Source: Candidatus Hodarchaeota archaeon
GTDB lineage: Archaea; Asgardarchaeota; Heimdallarchaeia; Hodarchaeales; Hodarchaeaceae
Assembly: GCA_016840035.1 (NCBI GenBank)
Contig: JAEOTC010000243.1
Span: forward strand, 1 to 14,938
Length of the DNA stretch: 14,938 nucleotides
Reading direction: 5' to 3'
Part shown: positions 1 through 7,989 of the stretch, piece by piece
Layout: each line of letters starts with the position of its first letter
Numbering within the stretch: position 1 is the stretch's first letter
Translations under genes and position numbers: made by a program
Notes under the pieces: generated by a model
Told to the model about the DNA's origin: nothing
What the model saw: the letters and a program-made list of their open reading frames with translations, nothing else
The model's database searches: none

Positions 1-768
1 GAATATTCGGTTGATTTTAGCTCTAATCCTCCTGTTTATGGTGAAAATTCGATCACCCTCGATTGGACAGTTACTTACAATGATTTTCCAATTTGGTGGG
101 TTGATGATGGATGGTATGAATCTTTTACAACCTATGCTGACCTTTCATATGATTATACTATGGTAGTATTCCCCGACACTGGATATTCAGAATTAAGTAC
201 TACGACCTCCATTGGGGCCCAATCTGGATCAGAAGGAGTCTTTAGTGGCCTCGGGTTAGGAGTCGTCCAAACTTCAGAAGTAATTTCAACTTCAGAAATT
301 AACACTCAGCAATCCTTCAGACAATCTCAATCCACAAACCTTCTTAATTTCCAAATGGATGAAGGAGCTGTAGCAGCTATCGACTTCAGTGGTGATAAGA
401 GTAACTATGTTTTATCAACTTCTGGAGGGGATCAAACGAATTCCATTGCAGTAAATTACATGAATATGGTACATATTCGAGGAGATACAAATAAAACGCT
501 CTTCTCGGAGACCTCGGACAGAATTGGGGTCTTTCTAGCAAATAGTTATCAGAATGATAGTTTTGATTACATCTACGACAGATATCTGGTAATTACTTCT
601 TACCCCAAATGGGGTGGATCTGCTATTCAACATGATCCGACTTTTAGTGCCGTAGCAGCTTTATCCTCTCAAGAAACTTCCGATGGGCCTGCTCCAATCC
701 CCGGGTTTGAATTTTCAAGTCTCTTATTTGTAACTGTTGCGACTGCATTCCTTCGGAGAAAGAAATAA
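1..768 (+). CDS. 5'-truncated exported/surface protein with C-terminal PGF-CTERM-like sorting signal
   Basis: Frame 1 is open from base 1 (EYSVDFSSNPPVYGENSITLDWTVTYNDFPIWW...), so the ATG at 160 is internal. Ends with YPKWGGSAIQHDPTF, a Ser/Thr/Pro linker, then PIPGFEF + hydrophobic stretch + RRKK. Confidence 0.85.
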   Translation, partial: EYSVDFSSNPPVYGENSITLDWTVTYNDFPIWWVDDGWYESFTTYADLSYDYTMVVFPDTGYSELSTTTSIGAQSGSEGVFSGLGLGVVQTSEVISTSEINTQQSFRQSQSTNLLNFQMDEGAVAAIDFSGDKSNYVLSTSGGDQTNSIAVNYMNMVHIRGDTNKTLFSETSDRIGVFLANSYQNDSFDYIYDRYLVITSYPKWGGSAIQHDPTFSAVAALSSQETSDGPAPIPGFEFSSLLFVTVATAFLRRKK

Positions 769-800
769 CATTCTTTCCCTCCATCTTTTTCTTTTTTTCT
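769..800 (+). terminator. Oligo-T/pyrimidine-rich archaeal terminator
   Basis: Pyrimidine tract containing several T-runs directly after the stop at 768. Confidence 0.55.
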
Positions 801-901
801 TGATATACTCTCCTAAAGAGGTTTTTTTATTGGGAATTCAGTAGAGGAAGGCTTAAGAGAGATTTTCACTATAGTTAACTTAAACCTGACGGTGGTTAGA
901 C

Positions 902-1402
902 ATGCCTGAAAAAGTTATTCAAGGAGACAGTAAACTTAAAGTGGGCGATGAAGCACCAGATTTTGCTCTTCGTGCACAAGATGGGAAAAAAATTCGTTTA
1001 TCAGATTATCGCGGAAAAAAGAATGTGATGTTAGCATTTTATCCTCAAGATTTTACTCCTGTGTGCTCTCACCAACTTCCTTCGTACAGCAAGCAAGTTA
1101 ATAAGTTTGAGGAATTAAATACTCAAGTATTAGCAATTGGTATTGCTTCAATTCCAGTACATATCGCTTGGATTGATTCATTAGGGGGATTAGAGTATCC
1201 ACTATTAGCTGATTGGGTACCTTTCGGAGAAGTTAGTAAAAAATATGATGCATTTATTCCTAGAATTGGTTTTGGTAAAAGGGCTATCTTCATTGTAGAT
1301 AAAGAAGGAATTATCCAGTACATTGATATTCCTCACGAATTAAATGAAGGACCCCCTGATGAAGGGAAAATTTTCGCAGCTCTAGAAAAGCTGCAGAACT
1401 AA
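902..1402 (+). CDS. Peroxiredoxin, AhpC/TSA family, AhpE-like 1-Cys type
   Basis: VGDEAPDF N-terminus; [10 protein letters not shown] matches the PxxxTxxC active site; [15 protein letters not shown] resembles AhpE; conserved Arg in [11 protein letters not shown]; only one Cys (TGC). SD-like GGTGG at 891-895. Confidence 0.92.
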   Translation: MPEKVIQGDSKLKVGDEAPDFALRAQDGKKIRLSDYRGKKNVMLAFYPQDFTPVCSHQLPSYSKQVNKFEELNTQVLAIGIASIPVHIAWIDSLGGLEYPLLADWVPFGEVSKKYDAFIPRIGFGKRAIFIVDKEGIIQYIDIPHELNEGPPDEGKIFAALEKLQN

Positions 1403-1420
1403 CTTCCTTCTCTTTTTCTT
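1403..1420 (+). terminator. Pyrimidine tract between convergent genes
   Basis: cttccttctctttttctt between the prx stop and the amidohydrolase stop. Confidence 0.45.
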
Positions 1421-2773
1421 TTAGAGAGGAACAACGCGGGGAGTCAAATCTAATCTGTCCCAAAGCTTGATGGCGGATTCTTTTGATTGCTGACTCACTT
1501 CACTTGCATCGAGAGATGTGTGAATACCATTCTTGACAACCGTTTTTCCATTCACTATTACTCGCTTGATATCTCTCCGAGAAAAGGACCCATAGACCAT
1601 ATGACCATAGACATTTCCTTCATGAATCGGAGTAGGAAGTGCTGATGTATCTAGAATCACAAAGTCCCCTTTTTTGCCTACTTCAATTGAACCAATTTGA
1701 TCCTTCAATCCAATTGCCTGTGCAGCGTTAATTGTGATCATTTGAATGACTTGTAATGGAGTAGGGACCTGACTAGGATTCCGATGATTTAATTTATGCA
1801 TAAGGTATGCAGTACGCATATTTTCTATCGCATCGTAGATAAACCCGTCATTACCTACACCAATATTTATCCCTTTAGCTAGCATTTCGGGAAGCTGGGC
1901 TACACCCACAGCATTTAATTCATTACTTTTCGGATTATGGGCAATATTAGTGTTTGTTTCCGCAATCAAGTCTATTTCACGTTGATTGATATGTACAGCA
2001 TGAGCCAAGGCTGTTCTTGGGCCAAGAAATCCCTCATCATACAGTCTTTCTACGGTTCGCTTGCCGTATCTTTCGAGATTATGCTGAAGGTCTACTAATC
2101 CTTCCGAAGTATGAACTGTCCTAAACGAGTTTGTTTTATCTGCATATTCGACTGTCTTATGAATCAACTCATCTGAAACGGTAAAAGATGCATGTAAACA
2201 GTAAACTCCGTGGACGAGCGTTTTTTCAGGATCATTCTGAGCAATAAATCTTCGATTTTCTTCCAATCCACGTACCCCTTCCTCTGGAGATCGTCGTTCA
2301 GTTGCTTCAAAACAGATAGCACCCCGTGTTCCTACTTCTTGTGTTGCTTTACAAATCCGATCAAGTGATCCTTCAATAGCATTTGGGCCAGAGTAGGTAT
2401 CAAGATAAGCAGTTACCCCATTTAATGCTAATTCATAAACTGCATAGAGTGTGGACGTATAAGCATCCTCTAATGTGAGAGCTTCATCCATGGGCCACCA
2501 AATTCGTTGTAGATTCTGAGTAAAATCAGTAGGGGGTGTAATATCCATGGGAGCTCCACGTAGTAGCGCAGAATATAAGTGTGTATGAGCACAGATAAAT
2601 CCTGGAAATATTACTTGATTTTCGCAATCTAATGTTTCTTCAGCTTTTTCGTTAATCTCTTTATCTACTCTAGTGATTTTTCCTCCCTCAACCAGTATAT
2701 CCACTGGTTCTTTCACTTCATTCTCGGCATTCATGGTTACAACTAAACCATTTTTTAGTAATAGGCTTTCCAT
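1421..2773 (-). CDS. Metal-dependent amidohydrolase, SsnA-like (aminohydrolase/deaminase group)
   Basis: HxH motif (ICAHTHLYS), IWWPMDEAL, HASFTVSD, HTSEG, AHAVH, HNPKSN, GNDG metal Asp, GSIEVGKKGD. SD GAGGT upstream. Substrate cannot be read from sequence. Confidence 0.88.
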   Translation of the reverse strand: MESLLLKNGLVVTMNAENEVKEPVDILVEGGKITRVDKEINEKAEETLDCENQVIFPGFICAHTHLYSALLRGAPMDITPPTDFTQNLQRIWWPMDEALTLEDAYTSTLYAVYELALNGVTAYLDTYSGPNAIEGSLDRICKATQEVGTRGAICFEATERRSPEEGVRGLEENRRFIAQNDPEKTLVHGVYCLHASFTVSDELIHKTVEYADKTNSFRTVHTSEGLVDLQHNLERYGKRTVERLYDEGFLGPRTALAHAVHINQREIDLIAETNTNIAHNPKSNELNAVGVAQLPEMLAKGINIGVGNDGFIYDAIENMRTAYLMHKLNHRNPSQVPTPLQVIQMITINAAQAIGLKDQIGSIEVGKKGDFVILDTSALPTPIHEGNVYGHMVYGSFSRRDIKRVIVNGKTVVKNGIHTSLDASEVSQQSKESAIKLWDRLDLTPRVVPL

Positions 2774-2956
2774 TAGAGTTACCTCGCATGTGTTAATTTC
2801 TAAAGGGTTGATTAATTGCTTACAAGGATTACATTCAACAAATCATTCGGGTTCTTCTCTCAATATTGGAATTAAAAATACTACTGAGATAAGAAAATTG
2901 TTGATTTCAGGTTTTATCTATTGGAATCAGTTGCTTCATGATTTACATTTTTGATA

Positions 2957-2972
2957 GGTAAAGAAATATAAA
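2957..2972 (+). promoter_or_regulatory. Putative BRE/TATA of the PLD gene
   Basis: GGTAAAGAAATATAAA about 40-55 nt upstream of ATG 3013; SD GAGGAG at 3002-3007. Confidence 0.45.
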
Positions 2973-3012
2973 CACTAGATCGTATTCATCTCCATCCATC
3001 AGAGGAGTTTCT

Positions 3013-4425
3013 ATGAAAAATTATTCTCGCAAATCCTTAACAGTTTTTACATTAGTCTTTTTGACATTACTTATTCTAAATAGCATGAGTCATACAAGGT
3101 CTTTCTCTATAGCCCTTGAATCAATAGAGGGGATTGAGTTGTATACTCCAAAGTTTGATTCCTTAAATCTTAAAGAATCAATGACCTTAACACCAATTGT
3201 CACCCCAGATAATGCTCTTGATGTTTGCGCCGCGTGGATTGATCGAGCTAATGATTCAATTGATCTACAAAACCAATATATCACTCAATTTGATGATAAC
3301 CAACCTTGGTCAGCGGATCCTTCACCAATCGTACAAAGTCTTGTCGCAGCGCATAGTAGAGGTGTAATTCTGCGTGTACAAATAAATGAAGATAGTGATT
3401 CAGATGATATTACAACATATTTTATGAGTCTTGGTATACCTATTAGATGGATGGGAAACTCCGCAAGTAATCCTGATGGTGAATGGATTTCCGATACTCA
3501 TAATAAATTGCTCATAATAGATGAAGAAGTGGTAATAGTATCATCCATCAATTTTAGTGAAAATGCGTTTACTAACAATCGGGAAGCTGGTATTGTAATT
3601 CAAAATACTGCAGTAGCTGCATATTATAAATCAATCTTTGACTCAGATTGGGAAGATGGAGAAATCCCAACCTCTTCAATAAAAACAGACCTAAGTATTC
3701 TATTAGACTCAAATGATATAAGAAATCCAATAAACTACAAATTAACCTATACAAGTCCAACGGACTTAGTTCCAGTTAATTTTACAGGTTCTTATAATGT
3801 AACTCTTTTTGCTAATCCTGATAATGCTGATGAAGTTATATTCCGCTATCTTAAATCTGCTCAAACCTCAATTTATGTCTCTATGTATACTATCAGTCGT
3901 CCAGATTTTAATAATACTTTAATCGATCTGAAGAATGCCAATCCGAATATTGATATTCAGGTTTTAATTTCTAATCGAAGAGTCGGTTCTACGGAGAATG
4001 AGGACACTTTTGCAGCTGCTCGTTCGTTAACTGCGAATTCTATTCCTGTTTACAACTCAACCTATGATTTAAAGTTCTATCATAATAAATACTGGATTAT
4101 CGATGGAACTCATGTGTTTATTTATACTGGTAACTGGAGTCCAAGAAGTGCAACCCCTCAACTTGAGCCTGGTGATGATGAATATGCTTCAGGTGAAGCT
4201 AATCGTGATATGGGAATTGCAGTTCACGAAGCTCCAGATATCGCGACTTATTTCAAGAATTTATGGGATGCTGATGTTGCAGTTGCTTTTTCTTGGATTA
4301 CAAATACAGAATGGATACCTACCACAACTGTGACAACAGAGGAGGTCTTCTTTTTCTGGAATCCTTTCTTACTTAGTTTATTGATTCTACTTGTTGTTAG
4401 GAGGACTCGACGATCACAAAAATGA
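3013..4425 (+). CDS. Exported phospholipase D superfamily enzyme with two HKD motifs and a C-terminal membrane/sorting tail
   Basis: Signal peptide MKNYSRKSLTVFTLVFLTLLIL; HKD1 HNKLLIID + SSINFS + NREAG (His codon 3499); HKD2 HNKYWIID + TGNWSP + NRDMG (His codon 4081); Thr linker, hydrophobic segment, RRTRRSQK. Confidence 0.92.
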   Translation: MKNYSRKSLTVFTLVFLTLLILNSMSHTRSFSIALESIEGIELYTPKFDSLNLKESMTLTPIVTPDNALDVCAAWIDRANDSIDLQNQYITQFDDNQPWSADPSPIVQSLVAAHSRGVILRVQINEDSDSDDITTYFMSLGIPIRWMGNSASNPDGEWISDTHNKLLIIDEEVVIVSSINFSENAFTNNREAGIVIQNTAVAAYYKSIFDSDWEDGEIPTSSIKTDLSILLDSNDIRNPINYKLTYTSPTDLVPVNFTGSYNVTLFANPDNADEVIFRYLKSAQTSIYVSMYTISRPDFNNTLIDLKNANPNIDIQVLISNRRVGSTENEDTFAAARSLTANSIPVYNSTYDLKFYHNKYWIIDGTHVFIYTGNWSPRSATPQLEPGDDEYASGEANRDMGIAVHEAPDIATYFKNLWDADVAVAFSWITNTEWIPTTTVTTEEVFFFWNPFLLSLLILLVVRRTRRSQK

Positions 4426-4658
4426 AATTTAAGCTCTCTTCTTGGGAAAAAGGAGAATTGTTTATGAAGGACGTAGCCTCGTCTTTAGATCTTAAAATCG
4501 AAACACGTGATGCTAAGCAAGTCATTCTAATTCCAGGAGGAAAAGTCACATTTTTTCCAGATGATAGAGGATTTGCTTTAATTACAGCTAAAAATGTTGA
4601 CTCTCATATCAAGGAAATGGTGGAACAATTACAGAAGAAATACTCACAAGAAGAGTAA
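4422..4658 (+). CDS. Small hypothetical protein (78 aa), probably translationally coupled to the PLD gene
   Basis: ATGA start/stop overlap at 4422-4425; plausible alpha/beta composition; no recognised motif. Confidence 0.65.
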   Translation: MKFKLSSWEKGELFMKDVASSLDLKIETRDAKQVILIPGGKVTFFPDDRGFALITAKNVDSHIKEMVEQLQKKYSQEE

Positions 4659-4677
4659 CCCTTCAGAGAGTAGCAAG

Positions 4678-4707
4678 GAAAAAGAAAAAAGAAAAAATAA
4701 AGGAAAA
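4678..4707 (-). terminator. Oligo-T terminator of the histone gene
   Basis: A-rich tract on + (several T-runs on -) beginning about 18 nt past the histone stop. Confidence 0.6.
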
Positions 4708-4724
4708 CTGTTATAATTAGGAGC

Positions 4725-4928
4725 CTATTTGGCGGCTGCTAATTTAACGTCGTTTTCTTTTACAGTTTTACGACCAGAGTGTCGAGCAACTTCGACTGCG
4801 TATTTGGCCAGATCCATACTGTAATCAGTAAGGACTTCGTTTAGTCTGCTGATAGCTCCTGCGGAAACGCGATGAGCACCGGCTGTTCGAATTAATTTTT
4901 CAATTCTTGCGCTAGCAAATCCTGCCAT
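4725..4928 (-). CDS. Archaeal histone (HMf-like, tailless, 67 aa)
   Basis: MAGFASARIEKLIRTAGAHRVSAGA...ARHSGRKTVKENDVKLAAAK has the histone-fold RVS and RKTVxxxD motifs. Start set at ATG 4928 because SD AGGTGA (4941-4936) lies 7 nt upstream. Confidence 0.95.
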   Translation of the reverse strand: MAGFASARIEKLIRTAGAHRVSAGAISRLNEVLTDYSMDLAKYAVEVARHSGRKTVKENDVKLAAAK

Positions 4929-4956
4929 TTTATTTTCACCTTTTCTCAATAAAAAG

Positions 4957-4985
4957 TTCTTGTTCTAAAAGTTCTAGAACAAGAA
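4957..4985. repeat. Perfect 11-bp inverted repeat overlapping the predicted histone TSS
   Basis: TTCTTGTTCTA (4957-4967), 7-nt spacer, TAGAACAAGAA (4975-4985); includes palindrome GTTCTAGAAC (4971-4980). Confidence 0.85.
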
Positions 4986-5000
4986 GCTTCCAAAAACTCA

Positions 5001-5020
5001 CTTATAAATATGTTTCTCTT
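5001..5020 (-). promoter_or_regulatory. BRE + TATA box of the histone gene
   Basis: Minus strand reads AAGAGAAACATATTTATAAG; predicted TSS near 4978-4982. Confidence 0.7.
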
Positions 5021-5508
5021 TCGTTGCTCAGATACCACGTGATATAATTCCCACTCTAGATTCTATCATAACCACAATTCAAGCTTCACTATTCCAGCTT
5101 GATATAAGTACCACTTGACATATGCTATCAATCCTAGCTCATCATTTTGAATTGATGACCACCATAGGTATCTCTCATCATTTGAACCTAATTCTTTGAA
5201 AAGACGTATTTAATTAAAGGATATTATCAAAATCTCAGTTTAATTCGTTCAATAACCTCATCAAAATGTAGAGAAGATATAATTTTGCCAATAAGATACT
5301 GAAACATTTTTTTTCTCGTTTTTCTTTCAAAATTTATGTGAAAAATATAAAAATAAAGATGAGAATCGTTGTAACCAATTTATGAGTAGAGACTATTATT
5401 TTATCATTAAACATGGTAATTTTATATATTTCAGAGCTTCGGATATCATGACTCTTATTAATACCAACAATAAATTTCATGCAACTCAATGCTTTGGTAG
5501 GTAATTTT

Positions 5509-7989
5509 ATGAAGAAATTTAGATTATTTATAATTGCTTCAATTTTATTATTTTCAAATGTAATCATATTAGAGAATTTTAACGCACAAAATAATGGAAC
5601 AGTAGCGCAAAATGTAAATTATTCAGTAGAAAGTGATGAATATTTTGATTCTTTGTCACCTAATGATACTTGGATTGAAGCTACTATTGATAATGATAGT
5701 GATGGACAGATAGACTATCTAACTATTAAGTTAGGTATAACAACGACAGAATATCTTGATGTATATGGAATATTAAAAGACCCTATGGGGAATTGGATAG
5801 GTTACACCGTAAACGCAACAATAGAATCAACTGTTGAACAAGAAATAACCCTGTCTTTTTATGGAGGATCTATCTATGCATCAGGGTATAGTGGAGTTTA
5901 TCAACTGTTTTTGATGTTTTTAGATTCTTCGAGCTCTCCAAATGAGGTAGACGCACGGTTTGTATATTCAACGAATAGTTACACTTACATTCAGTTTGAA
6001 CGCCCCTCAGCAATTTTTAATGGGGCAACCGATTATGGTGTTGATACTGATAATGATACACTTTATAATGAAATTCATATTGATTTTCTTGTCAACGTTA
6101 GTGAGACAGGAACATATCTTGCTGCACTAATGCTTAATAGCAATGATCCATTTAATGAGTCATCAATGGATTATATAGGAATGGGTATGGCAGAGTTATC
6201 CCCTGGAGATAATCAGGTAATTACTGCTATCGTTCCTACAATGCCTTTCTTTGTGAATAAATTGAATGGTCCTTATTCATATGGTTTTGTTTACCTTATG
6301 AAACAGACTCCTGACTATGAAATGGCTTTTCAACAATTTAAGCAAGACTTTGGATATACACAGGCATATAACTATTCCCAATTTGATCTAGCCTCTGCTT
6401 ACTTCACAGGGGGATTACATGATCATCCACTAGATACAATGGGAGACTCTAAGTTTGAAGGAGTAGAGATCCTAGTAGAATTAAACGTGACAGATCCTGG
6501 ACGTTATACAACAGAGATATACTATCAAATTGGCACATTAACGAGATATATGGAAAATGATTCAATTTACTCTGCTGGTTTACACAATGTTTCATTATTT
6601 ATTTCTGACACAACGGTATATGCCAATAAATTAAATGAATCTATACGCATTGATAGACTAGCTCTCACTGACTCCAGCTACCAAATAATTCACACTTTAA
6701 ACCCAAATTATCGCTCACAAAATTATACATATACTGATTTCAACCCCCCAGGATTATTACTCACGGAGAGATACTTCGATCAGGGTGTAGATACTGATAA
6801 TGATTCGTACTTCAATGAACTTCAAATTTCGGTAGAGGTAAATGTAACGAAGAATGACACCTATTATTTCGATATCTCATTAGCTGAACCTGTAGGAATT
6901 TGGGAATATGACGGAATCTACTTAGATCCAGGTTTGCAGAACGTATCCTTCTCTTTCCCTATGAATAATCATTATCAGAAACAGATCAACACCTCGTTTG
7001 TTGTAGAACATTTATACATTTCAGTGGATACTTCGGGAATGTATCAGCAGATTCACTCTGCCACTGACGTATATACTACAAGAATCTACTATTTTAATGA
7101 ATTTGATCGACCAAATATTCTTTTCACAAATAGATTCTGGGATTATGCAGTTGACATCAATAATAATAGTCTCTATGATCTGTTAGTAATAGATGCTGAA
7201 GTGGAAGTATTCGAAGGAGGGGTTTTCAATTTCGGTGGTGATATTCATTCAGTGACTTCTCCAGTCACATACTACTTTTATACTAATCATCAAGAATACT
7301 TAGACATAGGGATACATAACATCTCTCTTATCTTTACTGATTTACATGCGCGACAGCTAGATTGCTCTTATCACCTTAACTACGCATATGTCCGAGATGA
7401 AGGCTACCAGCTCATAAATGAAGTTTATGATCCCTATGATACGGCATTTTACTACTATAATGACTTTGAACGTCCAATGGTATCTATGGAGTATGTCAAA
7501 GATTATGGCTACGCAGAGTCAGGCAGTACTGCATTTAATTTCATTATAGTAGAATTTGATATTACGTTTAACCAGCCCGTGAGTGACTATACAGTGGAAA
7601 TGACTGCTGAAGCGAATTCAATTAGTTATGGATTTGGAATGGGGATTTATGGAAGTTTTGCTGCTGGTACAACAAGAATCGATTTTGGAATCGATCCGAG
7701 TAGCATTACAGAGCCTACTTGGCAAACCTCATTCGATATTTCTGTGCGAGTATATGACAACAACATGCAGGTTATCTATGAAGTTCATCATATCAATACA
7801 ACACAGACCTATTACTCCCATGACTTTATTCAACAGACTACAACGACTACTACAACAGATTCTCCAGAACATTCAACTACATCAGACAAAGAAACCACTC
7901 CAAGACCTGGGTTAACACCTGGATACACAGTAGTACTGTCCCTGCTTGTAGTGATTGCTCTCCCAATTTTCAAAAAAAGAGGTAGATAA
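5509..7989 (+). CDS. Large surface glycoprotein with six ~120-aa Ig-like repeats (acidic DxDxD loops), Thr linker and PGY-type sorting tail
   Basis: Signal peptide MKKFRLFIIASILLFSNVII (ATG 5509, GGTAGGT upstream). Repeats start near D-x-G-V-D-T-D-N-D and end near Y-x-T-x-x-Y-x-Y-x-x-F-[DE]-x-P. Many N-x-S/T sequons. Tail TPGYTVVLSLLVVIALPIFKKRGR. Confidence 0.88.
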   Translation: MKKFRLFIIASILLFSNVIILENFNAQNNGTVAQNVNYSVESDEYFDSLSPNDTWIEATIDNDSDGQIDYLTIKLGITTTEYLDVYGILKDPMGNWIGYTVNATIESTVEQEITLSFYGGSIYASGYSGVYQLFLMFLDSSSSPNEVDARFVYSTNSYTYIQFERPSAIFNGATDYGVDTDNDTLYNEIHIDFLVNVSETGTYLAALMLNSNDPFNESSMDYIGMGMAELSPGDNQVITAIVPTMPFFVNKLNGPYSYGFVYLMKQTPDYEMAFQQFKQDFGYTQAYNYSQFDLASAYFTGGLHDHPLDTMGDSKFEGVEILVELNVTDPGRYTTEIYYQIGTLTRYMENDSIYSAGLHNVSLFISDTTVYANKLNESIRIDRLALTDSSYQIIHTLNPNYRSQNYTYTDFNPPGLLLTERYFDQGVDTDNDSYFNELQISVEVNVTKNDTYYFDISLAEPVGIWEYDGIYLDPGLQNVSFSFPMNNHYQKQINTSFVVEHLYISVDTSGMYQQIHSATDVYTTRIYYFNEFDRPNILFTNRFWDYAVDINNNSLYDLLVIDAEVEVFEGGVFNFGGDIHSVTSPVTYYFYTNHQEYLDIGIHNISLIFTDLHARQLDCSYHLNYAYVRDEGYQLINEVYDPYDTAFYYYNDFERPMVSMEYVKDYGYAESGSTAFNFIIVEFDITFNQPVSDYTVEMTAEANSISYGFGMGIYGSFAAGTTRIDFGIDPSSITEPTWQTSFDISVRVYDNNMQVIYEVHHINTTQTYYSHDFIQQTTTTTTTDSPEHSTTSDKETTPRPGLTPGYTVVLSLLVVIALPIFKKRGR

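Noticed and set aside
902-1420. Possible selenoprotein peroxiredoxin or SECIS
   Set aside because: The peroxidatic residue is TGC (Cys), there is no in-frame TGA, and the 18-nt downstream gap shows no SECIS-like stem.
4929-4949. Apparent basic N-terminal histone tail MRKGENK
   Set aside because: It comes from an upstream TTG and spans the SD (AGGTGA) of ATG 4928; the histone is most likely tailless.
5020-5500. CRISPR-like array suggested by the 60-bp-spaced repeat
   Set aside because: Only two short imperfect copies, and no cas genes in the window.
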